Shown here: one piece after another, positions 33,451 through 47,037 of the stretch | Position numbering within the stretch: the first letter of the stretch is position 1 | How the letters are laid out: every line of letters begins with the position of its first letter | Assembly (NCBI RefSeq): GCF_018977255.1 | Contig: NW_024704742.1 | Coordinates: forward strand, 136,898,001-136,962,000 | From: Callorhinchus milii | Lineage: Eukaryota | DNA length: 64,000 nt | Direction of reading: 5' to 3' | Notes under the pieces: model-generated | Told to the model about the DNA's origin: nothing | What the model saw: only the letters and a program-made list of their open reading frames with translations | The model's database searches: none | Made by a program: the position numbers and the translations under genes

Positions 33451-36400
33451 AGGTGTTTTTAGATGACCCCCCACCCCCTCCCCTACCTATTCCTGCAATC
33501 CCTATAACATTACAAGGCAAAGCTTGACCAGACTGAATTCATTTGCCACTGAGGCTCGCTCAGGCTCGCTCCATCAATGGATCGTGCAAAAGGGGAACTG
33601 GATCAGCACCTCAAAGGGTATGGGAAAGTGTTTTTTTTCCCCCCAAATTAATAAAGGTGGTGAAGGGAAAACGGGGCACCGCTCCCGCCTCACCCCATCT
33701 GTGAAGACAATTTCTCTGGTTTGCTGTACTGGAAGAGGGTGGTGTGAGGATACTGTGTGACTATTCGGTGAGCTCGGGGATGTGATTGAAGTAGGTCCTT
33801 CAGGGATTCGCAAGAGAAGGTGGGATAGGTCCGGTTAGTGAGCTATAGCGGATGGGTTTGAAGGAGTTTTCAGAAAAGGAGGGATAGTCAGTGATCATTT
33901 TTTTAGGATGAATATAAAAAATAGAAATATTGTTTAGTAGTAGAAATAGGAAGGGTTAATTCAGTGATATAGGATCTTATTGTCCACGGTATGGTTTGAC
34001 AGATGTAATCTGGTGGAGTAAGATTCGGCGCCAGTGTTTGTCGTTGCGTGGAAAGGTCGGTTCTCAAACTACCTCAGATGATTTGAAGTGGGATTGAGAG
34101 CGTTTGTTATGGGGAATGACTTTGTCAGAGATTGATCTTCATGGATTGTGATGTATGTAATTTGGTTTTGAAAGATTTGGAATTGATTATATGTTAAGGA
34201 TTTGGGATGTCACAGCATGTAACAGCAACAATAATGTTCTTGGGTATTGGATTGAAATAGAATGTCAGTCTGGGGTAGTCTGAAAGATGGATGGAATGAG
34301 ACCGTGTTTTTTCTTCAGAAAATATTGTGTGAGAATGAATGAAAAGTATTTATTTCAGAAATGGGTTGGACTGAGTCCTACTACACAGATGTTTCTGTAA
34401 ATTTAGCTTGGCTTCGTTCTCACTTCTGGATCAGAAGGTCAAGGCCAGCATCGGATATGGATATATTGAAGAGAGTTTCTCCTGATTTTCGGGCCAATAA
34501 TCAATTAAAATGGTATTATTAATTATATTCTAATCCAGATTAATTGGTTATTCGCTTCATAGCACAATGACTACTGCTTGTCTACAAAAGCAGTCGCTGC
34601 ACTTGACAGTAATTACTATGAAGCATTTTGAAATGTTTAGAAGTATAGAAGTACCGTAAACTGTAATGAATGTACATGAATAAGCTAATACTGTTAGGAA
34701 TATAAATGGTGAATGATTTATATAGGATGGAATTGATACTGAGAGATATAGGATATAGAGTAGCAGGAATTTATTTGTTCTGATGTGAATCAGAAATGGT
34801 TTGTGAGTTATATAATGAGCCCTGCATTTGATCCACTGCCCCATTACGTTGAAATGACTGTTTCACAGAGCTTTCTGTAAAATAGTGACTGTGTATTTAC
34901 CTAGGCTATGACCAACGAATAACTACGTGTTTTTTTAAATCTGGAGTATTGTTAGCCACACAGCAGGAGAAATTCCTTCTCTTTATCAAAAGTGCCATGG
35001 ATTTTCAGCATCCACCTAAACAGGTAGGTGGAATCTCAGTCTAATTTTCTGAGTGCTACCGGCTGAGCCAGGCTGGCATGATATGATGTGATGTTGGTAA
35101 TACATGTTGTCTTTTGTAAAACTAAATGAAGTTAAGGTCCCTTCTTGGAAACAGACAGAAAATAGTAAAAGTGTGGCAAATGCAATTGGCAATGGCTTCA
35201 GGTGGAAATGTAAAATATCATTGCAATGTATAAATTCCATTGAACCAACAAAGGGCTATTTAAACATAGTGTCTTGGATATTGTTTAAGTAGCATATGAA
35301 ATATCTTACCCATTCCACCAAATTTTGTTATGATTTGGAGGTATCTGTGAAGCTTAACTCCTGCCCAATTTCCAGTCCAAGTAGCCTCTCCTTATTCTTT
35401 AATGCAACGCTATATTCTGGAGAAATGCCCATTGTACTGGAAAGAAAATGTAAGAATATGCATAGGACCCCTCATTTTGTGAATGGAGTTTTGTTCTGTG
35501 GTGAATGTCTGCTTTGGCATTTCTGAGGATCAATTTAAGATTCCTGTGCATTTAAGATCGTTCTGTTTACGATGTGTTCAACAAATTAATTATAGTTGCA
35601 AGTTACAGTTTTGTCAAAATCAAAAAAAGGCCAGTTGACAGCACTCTTGCCTCTGGGCAGAAGATTGTGGATTCACGTTCCATGTTGAATTCCATTCTCT
35701 GAGATGCCTTTCTCTAAAATCCTGTCTACTTGTCCATTTGTGTTTGTTTACAGAATCAGTCACTTAATTTAAACTCAGTTATTGTAACTCAGCTATTGTA
35801 AAGTGCTTTGAGATGTTTTGGTATTATGTAAAACTGTAAGCTTATTCACTGTGAGAATTATTCAGCCTCTGATTACAATTATTTATGAGTGGAAAGGAGG
35901 TTTCTTTGGTTTGGTTAGCAATTGCACTTAGTTGTGCTCTGTCTGAGTAGAACTGAAGAAAGTCAGCTTGAGGTCTGAAAATGGACATGAGGAAACGGAA
36001 GATTGACTAATGAAATGAGTCTTCGGCAGGAGTTCTGAAGCCCACAATCTGCTTGCTTTCGAACTATTTTTTATTTTTTCTGCAGACATCATTAGGTTAT
36101 TTTTCTCTTTTATAAACCACATAATTTGGAACAAAAGCAGGAAAGAGTGACCAGTATTACAAATTGAAGACTAGTGTGCGAAGATATGCTGCTAGAATCC
36201 TGAGACAGTGGGTTGTGAACTTTGCAAAACTTAGCATTGACTGGAATACTAAGTATCAAAGCTTGGTTCAAAGTCCTAGCGATGGTATCCAGAATGTCTA
36301 ACTGAATGCATTATAATGCATTTATAATGCATTTATATAGTGCTTATCATAGTGAAAGGTCTTGAGCACTTCACAGGTATTTTTTGTCAAGTGTACAGAC

Positions 36401-36874
36401 TATATAAATATAAATTTGTTTAAAATACAAAGTCTTTCATGTTGGGAGGACATCCCAAGGTTCTGGATAGTCCAGCTTTGCATCCGAAGCATAGTCAAGA
36501 TAGTGTTTTGTCCAGAATATTTAAAGTGTTTTCTACCTACATGCCTCTTCCTTCCACGCCCCCCCCCCCCCCCACCCCCCCCACTTAAAGACCAGTTTGA
36601 AATAACTAGGAATACAAACAGAATGTTACAACGCAGACACTTTATTTGCCCCACTGAGTCTGTATTTTTGATTTTTATTCATGTGCAGCACCTTATCTAC
36701 TTGCTTCTAATAACTTTTAATATTCTGTGCCATAAGCATCTTATCTATTTTCTTTTTAAAGAATCAGGGAAGAAAATATAACTTTCCAAAGCTTTTCTGT
36801 GTACCTTTTTCACTTTTTAAATAATTTTTGTTAGTATCTTAAATTTTAGCTTATTTTACAAAACAGTATATTAC

Positions 36875-37055
36875 ATTTATATATCACCTTTCACCTCAGG
36901 AGGAAGTCCCAAGGTGCTGGACAGTCGAGGATTTTCACACAAGCTTGGGATTGGATTCAAGAGGGATGTGGGGTATGGGGGAATGGGGGTGGGATGACTG
37001 AAGGCATGGTTAAAGAGAAAGGTATTGACATGGACCCTGAAGGAGGGAGGGGCCG
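36875..37055 (-). mobile_element. Decayed L2 3' tail
   Basis: CACCTTTCACCTCAGGAGGAAGTCCCAAGGTGCTGGACAG reverse tail. Confidence 0.7.
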
Positions 37056-38670
37056 AGCCAAAGTTGTCACCCGGATAGAGCTCCAGCAGGTGGCAGCTCA
37101 ATGGATCCTCCAAACCATTTATTTTAAGGTTGAAAATGTAATGGTGTAATTTTTCTCCAATATAGCTAGGGGGAGTATTTTCAATAGTTTTAGTTTGCCA
37201 TTTTATCTTCAGATAGAGAGACGCACTAGAAATGCAGGTCAATCAATACTTAAACGCGAAGTAGATCAACATTTTGGGTTGGAACCTTAATCAGTCAGAG
37301 TTTCTTGTTCTGTGCTTTGTTATTGCATAATATAAACACATTTGATGAAATATTCAGATGTAAGAACATTGATAAAAGAACTCAGCAGGAATTCTTTTAT
37401 CGACTATAAAAATAAACACGGTTGTAAGAAATCCTGAAACAGTCCTCGGAGATCCATGCACTCTTACATTAAAGGTGGAAGGTTGAAACTAGGGGTGGGG
37501 GTTCCACTTTTCTTATCTTTTACAACAACAAAATAAAAATACTTTTTACAATGTTAAGTGTTACTGTCCTATACAGCCTTTTGATAATTATGCGCATGAG
37601 TTTAGAGTAAGGCTCCTTTGGTGTCCATATGAACACTTGATTTGTTTGAATCCTTTTGAAGCATAATACTTCTGGCAAGCTTTGAATTTAAATTCATGTT
37701 CTTGCACATGTTTCCTGCTGGCTAGAAAGCTGTAGCAGTCCTAGGAGTGGATTAACTTCATAGTGAATGAATGATAAACTCTTTCACAGTAAACGGTAGT
37801 GTCTTGTAACAATGGGCTTATGATTTCAGTTGATAACACAATCCACAAGAGAAATTGTTTCCTTTACGTGTGACCTACTAGTTCATTTAGCATATAACAG
37901 GGTCCCAGAATGATGGCCATTTCAGCTAAAGGATACGAAGATTATTACACTTCTAATTTAAGAATGTTCCACAGTTCTGCTTGGTCTTTATGTTTATCTT
38001 CATATTTTTATGTTTTGCCCATAAAACAGATAGTCAATTTACTTAAAGTATATTCAGTGAAGCGCTTTGAGACGTCTAGAAGATGTGATAAAGTGCTAAA
38101 TCAAAATTCAAGGATTATTATTATTATCTTAAATTTTTGCATAAATTAATCTTACAAGCGAAGACTAGGTGATAGTTATGGCCATTTGTTTAAAAAAAGC
38201 ATTTTAAACTTATTAGTTAAACTTGCCCAACCTGTATATTTTAGTTGGAGGTGATAGAAGCTTAAACAGCCTTCTTGAGATAAGTATGTTTATTTCATAA
38301 TCTTACAGATCTCCTTGGATGCCTCAAGTTTTCCCTTTTTGAAGTAACAAGTGCCATCATACAGGTCAATCTCATTATAAAGCACCTCACTATAATACGG
38401 CTTGCTCATAACACAATTTGGTTTTCTTATCCGAAAATTGAAATTGAGCCATTCACATTCTGTCATGAAAAAGTGTGCTGACTTTCAGGTTGGTAGATCA
38501 CTGATATTACTTATTGTGTGCCATGCTCTGAGCTACATGCGGGAAGCACAATGCGTAGGAAATGACGTTGGTCATGCTTACTGTCATAGTAAGTGTTACT
38601 AATTTACTGAAATGAGGTCTGTAGTGACTTAACAACCCACAAGTTAGAATTGTACAGAATAGAATTATAT

Positions 38671-38985
38671 ATAATAATAATAATAATAATCCTTGCATTT
38701 GATATAGCGCTTTTCACGTCGGGAGGACATCCCAAAGCGCTTCACAGAACACACTGTAAAGTGAATTGACTGTATATTTGTGGGCGAACGCGGCAGCCAA
38801 TTGCGCACAGCAATGTCCCACAAACAGTCGTGGATTGAAAATGACCAATTTATTATTGGTTTTGGAGGGATTATTATTAGGCGTGTGGAGTAAGGAAACT
38901 TGCCCAAGGTTTCACCCTGCCTGGAATTGAACTCAGGTCTCTCGCTTGCAAAGCGAGTGCTCTAACCACTGCAGCTACAGGACTC
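38671..38985 (-). mobile_element. tRNA-Ala-derived SINE, short form
   Basis: Reverse copy with CACACGCC marker and CTCCC loop. Confidence 0.93.
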
Positions 38986-39309
38986 AGATTATTGTGACCG
39001 TGGATCCAAATATCCTTCCTTCCTCTCTGAAGCACAACAATGATAAACTACAGTACATGGGAATGGTTTATAATTTGAACCCTTTCTACTTGCAGATTTA
39101 TTACTTAATTTCAAGAATAAACAGACAACCCTGACTGATCTGTGGTATCTTCTAACTTGTGAAAGAGTTCTTGTAACTCAAAATGCCTAGTGCAATACCC
39201 TTTTTCTGCAAATAATCAATATACAGTAGTGTGAACAAAGGCTTCCAAAAAGGATTTTCTGCTTCATCATAAATACGCTTTCTGCATATAAAATAATTTT
39301 TCAGCCACA

Positions 39310-39570
39310 GTGTGCTGTGGAAATCGGCCTAGCAGACCAACTAGACTTGCCAGCATTTGTACTCCACAGTGAATCTCCACCCTTCTCTTATTCGTCTCTA
39401 TTCCCCTTTCCCTCAAGTGTGCTTCAAGTTTCCTCTTAATTACAACTGTGCTTTTTGCTTCAACCACAGTTTCCGGCAGTGAGTTCCACATTCTCACCAG
39501 TCTTTGTGTAGAGAAGTTCCTCCTAAATTCCTTTCAGATCTGCTAATAGCTATCTTAAATTTGTGCCCTC
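39310..39570 (-). mobile_element. CR1 3' end fragment
   Basis: RMWNSLPETVVEAKSTVVIKRKLEAHL resembles the CR1 ORF2 C-terminus. Confidence 0.75.
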
Positions 39571-42500
39571 TTAATCATTATTTTTTATCTATAAATATAT
39601 CATAACTCAATTTAGATTAAAAAAGTGTAATATTTGTATGAGATAGTCATAATGTAATAGTTTTCAGTAGCTTTTTGACTTCTATTAAACAGAAAACATT
39701 ATTCTTTAAAGCTCAGAATGAATCCACAAAGCAAAATTCAACAACCACAATAGGTAAACACTGGCAGCAGTAATGAAAAATCCAAAACATTGATAGCAAA
39801 TGTAGATGGAAAAGCTCCGTATGCAATACAAGAGAAATAGAAATTCTGATCATTGTAAAATACATAAGATAAGAGAGGAGACTTTACGGTTGTGAAAAGC
39901 AATTTTTTCACAGGAGACACTAGGAAGTATTTCTTCACACAGAGTTATCACTGATTGAAAATGTTTACCAGGAAGGGTGGTTGTGGTCAGGATTCTGGAC
40001 TTATTCCAGTGAATTTGATGATGTAATAGTTGGTTGGGTATTCTGCAAGGATACAAATGAAATGGGCCAGGGCTGGGGAGATTTTTCTGAATCTCTTTTG
40101 ACCTGACCAGTGTGACTGAACTATTGCAGTCTTACTGGCTAAGGTGGAGCAAATGTGCAGAATTCTGGCCTTTATTGTTGTTGTATAGGGGGGGAGATAA
40201 AAAGATCAATCTATGTTACAAGTACGCATCTTGAGTTTTACAATTATATCAGTCATTCAATTGCTGGCTTGCAGGCTAACAATAATTTAAATTTATGTTT
40301 ATATGGCGCCTTTTATGTTAGGAGGACAATTAACAATATTGGCCTAGCACCACAGTTGGGGGTGTGTTAGCGGAGGAGAAAGAGGTAGGTCTTCAGACAG
40401 ACTTTGAGCAAGGTGAAGGACGGAGTGAATCGGAATGACTCCTGGATGGAGTTCAGAGAATTGAGGCACATAAGCTGAAAATCCGCCTTCCAAGGGTTGG
40501 GTTGGGGACATGATGCAAGTCATTGTCCATCGAGTGAAGTGGCCAGGTCTGTGGGACTTGAGGTTGCAGAGGTAAGGTGGGACAAGACTATGGGGGGATT
40601 GTAAGCAAAAGCCTGTTTACTAATTGTTTTCAGAAATTCAGAGATTTTTGCAGTTTTATCAGATTTTATGTAATTTGGGCGATTCCGTAAGTTTGGCCAT
40701 CACAAGTCTGGATTTTGGAATGTCAGCAGAGACTTCTTTAGGTACGCAATGAACGGGCATGTGTAAATATAGCAAGTTGTAATTTAAGTGGAGTAATTAT
40801 GCCTGTGTCTCTGTCTTTTGATGTTACAAGACCAATGCTCTGTTACAGGCCTTTCTACTCATCAAATGTGCACTGGAGTTTTCTCCACATGAGCCACCTA
40901 ATCATTCCAATTTCTCTTGTGATCACTTAAAAACATCTCAAAACACTTTAAAGATTGCTGTCAAACATAGAAACTAGTGATTTATAGACTCTGGCTCGTA
41001 GAAGCAGGGGGAAAGAGTGCAAGGATCCTATATGGTACTTTGGATGTCAAATGTACTGACTGGCCTTTGTAGCCAGAAATGGCAATCATTGGTGCACAGC
41101 AAGCAGATAGCACTTTGATTTAACGTCTCATCTGAAAGACAGCGTTTGACAATGCAGTGCTCCCAATACTTATTTAGTGTCAGCCAGAACTATTATCTCA
41201 AGGTCTGATGTGGCATACAACATTCTGATAGAATGTTTCGCCCACAAAATATTATTCAGTCCATTTTACAATATATACTGTGAAGCGCTTTGGGATGTCT
41301 CAATGATGTGATAAGGTGCTATATCAAATGCAAGATTTATAAAGTGAGAGTCTACTAACTGACACACTTTTAGTCAATTTGCATAGGCTTTTCGTTGGCT
41401 GTTAATTATATAATTAAAGGCATTTGTCATTTTTTCTGTACACATACACATAGTGCCAATGTGGCACTCTTGCTTCTGGGTCAGAAAGTTATGGGTTCAA
41501 GCCCCTAGCTAGGACTTTAAACTCACTCTAGGCTGACACAACAATATAGTTCTGGGGTAGCACTGTATTGTTGGAGCTGCCTACCTATGGATGAAATGCT
41601 AGACTGAGATCTCATCTGTCTGTTCATATGAACACTAAATATCTTATGGCACTATTTGAGCAATGCACAGGAAAGCAGCTAGTTAGTGCTGGAAGTGTAC
41701 TGTATTTCTCGTATACTGCAGGTCCATGGAGTCCTACTGTTAATACCAATCCACATTATATCTAAGTAAGGTATCCCAGGTTCCGACAATGCATGCATGG
41801 TTTAAACAACCCGCGTAATAGGTCAATATCTTAAATCTCAATCACATTTTCAGTTGGCCAAGATGTAATACCACGTTATTGTCGTTAGATGTTGTTGTTA
41901 TTTCTCTGGCTCCGTGGCAGGAAGCTGTCTTTGATGGATGCGCTCAGCACATAAGCACTCAGTTGGGCAATGAGAGAAACAACTGACCTGGTCTTTAAAT
42001 CAAGTATATAGAAACAATTTCTGTGCTGCCAAGCATGGGAAGTGGTTTGGAAGTGAGCAAAATGAGCTGCACTCTGTTTTTGCTGAGGAGGAGGTTGGCA
42101 GGAGGGGGCAAGACGAGGAAAGAAATCACATTTCAGAAATAACAGATTGCGAAGATTGGGAATGTGGGTTGATGTTTCTAATTATTTTGGGCAAATGGGA
42201 AGGGCTGAGCTCAGCTCTTTTGGAACTTCTGCATGTCCTTCATTCTTTCCATTCCACCATTGGCGAACATTCTTTAATACTGCAGTCTTGTGTTTGTACC
42301 AGGGAGGAAGAGTACTGGGGAAGGAGAAAGAACGTGCATATTTATGCAGTGGGAGAAGGTCTCCTCTTTGATGTGGGCAGAAGATGCCCTTTACCCGTGG
42401 GATACGTAGACAACCCTAGCCCCAGGTTACCTTCCGTTTTTTTCTAGCTTGGCATGAAACCACATTGCTTCGAGATGCTACCTAGGTGAAGGGTGCCATA

Positions 42501-43026
42501 TAAATTGAAATTGCTGTTGTAATTTATTCATTTTTTTTGTGATTATTAAAAATTGAATTTTTCATGTTCTAAGAAAATGTGGAAACATTTCTTCCCTCAA
42601 CTTACCATGATTTGGATTGCTCTTTTCAAAGAGCTGGCACAGAGACAATGGGCTGAATGGCCTCCTTCTGGGCTGTATGTTTCTATGATTCTATATACCC
42701 CTTGTGAATGATTTACATTCAGTGAGAAAAATCCTACTAACTTTGCTACTAAGTATGAAAATTAGCTGTCACGTACTGCCTACCAACAAAAAAATTGTTC
42801 CACTTTGCAATATATTCATGCTCTGCTTTAGAACATCCTGACGTGAAAGGGGTTATAATGCCAAATGCAAGGATTATTTTTTATTATATCTCTAACATAT
42901 AACCCAACATTATTTGTACCATCTGTGTGAATCAGCAGCCTCTATGCTGTTGATGTCCTTTGGTATCAGTTTGGCTCAATTGGTAGGAATCTCTACTTTG
43001 GCAGTAGGTTTTCAAGCCCAAACATA

Positions 43027-43354
43027 CTCCTGTAGTGTATGGTTAGCACACTTGCCTCGCAGGTGAGAGGACTTGGGTTTGATTCCTGGGTGGGGCGAAA
43101 CCTTAGGCAAGTTTCTTTAATCTACACACCTCTGTTTACCTAGCGGTAAGTAAGAACCTGTCTGTTAGTCGATTGGTTGATTGCTTTCTTGGGGTAATAA
43201 TCTGGTTACTCAATCCACAACTGTTCTCGGGCCAGTGCTGTGTACAGTTGGCTGCTATGTTTCGCTCACAAAATACAATCTATTTTACAGTGTATTCTGT
43301 GAAGACTCAACAAGTGATGAGGCACTATGTTAAATGCAAGACATTATTATTATT
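43027..43354 (+). mobile_element. tRNA-Ala-derived SINE, long form
   Basis: Head, CCTCTGTTTACCTAGCGGTAAGTAAGAACC segment, Deu-like core, tail. Confidence 0.85.
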
Positions 43355-45292
43355 CTCTAAGGTTAATGCAGTATTCAGATGAGGAAAAAAAACAAAGTCC
43401 TGTTTCAAAGTGGACATTAAAGATTAAAGATCCTAGAACTACTTGAAAGAGGAAGTTTCTCCTAGTTTTCAGATAAATTGGTCAATTACAACATGCTGTT
43501 TGAGGAACCTTACAATCCCTAAATGTTGCCGGGTTTGACTACACTTGATATCGATTACATGTGAAATGTTTCAGAATGTAATAATAATGTTTTGATGTAA
43601 TAAGAACATGCAATTTCTTCTTTATATAATTGGATGTCTAAACTTGAGAGGCATGTATTGTAAAAATTAAAACTAAGTGCAGTTCATTTAGCAGAAAATG
43701 CAGCTTGTGAGTAACTCGCACAATCGTGCTGAGATTAATCTCTTAAGACTCTTTTATTCCACCCCCCCACCCCACCTTTCCCCACCCTGGTCTAAAAGAG
43801 AGCACTTGCGTCATTCTGTATTATGCTCTCAGGCCAGGACCACCATGTTTTCAGCATATGGAACAAACTGGTTTTCAGCAGAGGGTGGGGTACCACATTG
43901 TGCACAATCACTACGTCTCCATGCAACTGATTGCAGTCGTTATGAGGGAGGACGTTAAAAGTGAAAACACCCTTTTTAAAGCTTTGTTGTGTGAGAGACA
44001 GTCAGCCCACCCTAAAATTCCATTCCCTATATTTGGCCCACAGCTAAATTACAGGTTGAGAGCTTAAAAAAAGCAGGGGTTGGTCATGCTTTGTAGTGCA
44101 GAAGGAGGGAAGGAAATGGTGAATCTTTAAATGCTCTATGTGTTTTGTGAAGCTGAATTGTAGATCACAGAATGTTCCAGAAACAGCCCTACAAGTCTGT
44201 GCTGGTGCTTTCATCCACTTGAGGCACCTAGTCTAATCCCTTTCTCCTGCTGGATCTCCACACCCTGTAATATTTCTCCTCTTCAAGATTTGTTTAATTC
44301 GCTTTCAAAATCATTTCTGAACTCTGTTTCAACTATGTGTCAGCCACTCTCTGTGTAAATATATTATTTCTTAGTGCCCCTTTTTGTGATTATCTGTCTC
44401 TGGATACACTGCATTCAACTATAAGGTGCAACTCTCTCACATTATAATAATCTATTAGGGTTGCATTTGGAACACCCTTCCTCTTCCTTTGCCTTGCCCC
44501 TTCCTTCCTTCCCCATCTTCAGATCGCACCTAAAGACCTTCCTATTTGTCCGGTCGCCTCCCCCTCCATCCAGCTCAGCATCATGCTCTGCCACTGTCAA
44601 GCCCTCTGGGACGCTACCCTGCTTCAGTGTCGCTATATAAGTGCAAGTTGTTATTGTTATTTGATATGGCTCTTTATCATGTCGATGGGATTTCTTATAG
44701 GACTTTTTATAGCTGATTCTAAATCTGTAGAGATATGTGGACCCTGACTGTCAACCTAATGACGCCTTGTAACTGTCTGTCCAGCGCCTTGGGACATCCT
44801 CCCGATGTGAAAGGCACGATACAAATGTAATTTTGTTGTTGTTGTATGTTCTGCAGGTGTTCTATGTGCGAGAATGGATGGAAAGTATTAATAACAACAA
44901 CAAGATTACATTTGTATAGCGCCTTTCACGTCATGAGGACGTCCCAAGGTGCTGGACAGAGTACAGCATTTCAGACCCTTTTAACATTAACATATGCCAT
45001 TGGACATTTTTCATAAATATCTTACTTGTGCGATTTCGACTGTTTGGGTTTGTAGTTGTGACCAAAGTAGAGCAAAGATTGGGTCATTGTTTATTTGAAT
45101 TCAAGGAAAGTTATTCGGGCCTTTTTGCCTGTCTAATCCGAGAATAACTTACTGTAATGCACAATATCTCTACCTGCTACATCTCATAAATCCTATTATG
45201 TATATGTATTGAAAAGAGATAAATTAATCACTCACCTCATAGTGATTTTTGGGACCTGGAAAATGCATGAAAAATGGCTGCTGAGTTTGGCT

Positions 45293-45590
45293 ATAATAAT
45301 CCTTACATTTGACATAGGGATTTGCACATCTTCAAGACGTCTCAAAGCGCTTCAGAAAATACTCTGCAAAGTGTTTTATGGGCGAAATGTGGCAGCCAAT
45401 TGCACACAGCAGTGTCGCACAAACAGTCGTGGATTGAGTGACCAAATTACTATTATTATTTATTTATTTGTTTTTGAATGGATTATCACCCCTGGAAAAG
45501 CAATCCACCAATCGACTAATAAGCGGGTTTCTTCTTCTGTGTTTTGCCCTGCCCGAAAATCAAACCCAGGTCCTTTCGGTTGCGAGACGA
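45293..45590 (-). mobile_element. tRNA-Ala-derived SINE, long form, decayed
   Basis: Reverse tail, Deu-like core and GCAATCCACCAATCGACTAA segment. Confidence 0.8.
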
Positions 45591-46759
45591 GTGGTCTATA
45601 CCCGTGATGGTAATTGTTCCTACCCGTGATGGTAATTGTAAAATCACTTGAGACACTTCAACGTGTTAAAGCATTATAAGAATGTAGGGGGATTATTAGG
45701 ACATGGAATGCCCTGCCAAACATGATGATTGAAGCAGAATCTAATAGATTGTAAAAGGGAATTTGGCAAATAATTGAAAAGGAGAAATCTAATATATAGG
45801 GAAAGGGCAGGAGAGTGAGACTAAATGCATAGGTCTGTTAGAGAGTTAGCCCAGGCATAATAGGTTGAAAAGCTGTCTTGTGTGCTATAATTCTACAATT
45901 CTAAGTTTTTTTTCTTGAAGCTAATTGGATAGCAATGTTGAAAAACCTCATAAATATTGAATTGGTCTAAGATCTGCATGATTAAGCAGGGTTCTGATAG
46001 TAATAATTTTTACTAAGTATGGTACTAACTAGAGGGCACAAACATAGTTAGAAAAAACATTAAATGGGGGAAGAAAGGTTAGGAAAAAAATGTCTTGAGA
46101 TGATCAGAATGCTGAATCCTTGATCACAAGCTAAGGTGTTCTATATTTTTGTTTAAAAAAGGAAATTGTTTTGATTATCCCCAAGAGAAATATTAAAGGT
46201 ATGGGATTGGGCAAGTGAAATTAGGCTAGGTGTCCTTTTTTTAGTGAAAAAACCAGCACAGATTTGGCCGGTAATATTCTGGGATTTTTTAAAAAAATGT
46301 TGAATGAAAAGTAAAAATAATTCCACCTGGTTGAACAGGCTCTGATAATGGGACTATAGCACCTGCATCATATTTGTAATAGTGTTTAAAGAGCAACTGG
46401 TTCATTATTTACTGTATTTAATTAATGAAAGTGAAATTAATTAGTTTATCATTAAAGCATTTTATTTACGTCTCTCCTTTTTTAAAATCTTTTCCCCCCT
46501 GTGATTTAGATGTATAACATCGCAACTTCCTCTCAGTGTTTTGCAAGAAAATATTTTTAATGTGTGCCACTTAAGTCCCTAAGAGAGCAATGAGGGAGAA
46601 CAATCATCCAGATAATTTGAGTTGTTTGGATGATTGCTCCCCCCATTAATACAATAGAGTGGTACCTGGATTGTGAGCTCAAAGTCTCCGATGTAGACTT
46701 TGAACTTACAACTTTCTGACCCAAAAGCAGTGTCAGCAGCTGAGCTCATGTTAGTTATG

Positions 46760-47037
46760 GGAAAGCCAGCCCTTTCGCACTGAGTTGAGGAAGAACTTCT
46801 TCACTCAAAGGATGGTGAATGTATGGAACTCACTACCCTAAAGGGCTATTGATGCTCAGTCCTTGAACATATTCAAGACTGAGATAGATAGATTTCTTAT
46901 TGCAAAAGGGATTAAGGGATATGGGGATAAGGCAGGGTCAGGTTATTAGCTGGAGCTAGATTAGAAGATCAGCTATGATTGAATGGCGGGGCAGGCTTGA
47001 AGGGCCAAATGGCCTACTCCTGCTCTTATATGTTATA
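46760..47037 (+). mobile_element. CR1 3' end fragment
   Basis: RKNFFTQRMVNVWNSLP...FKTEIDRFL..KGIKGYG plus GAATGGCGGGGCAGGCTTGAAGGGCCAAATGGCCTACTCCTG UTR. Confidence 0.85.
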
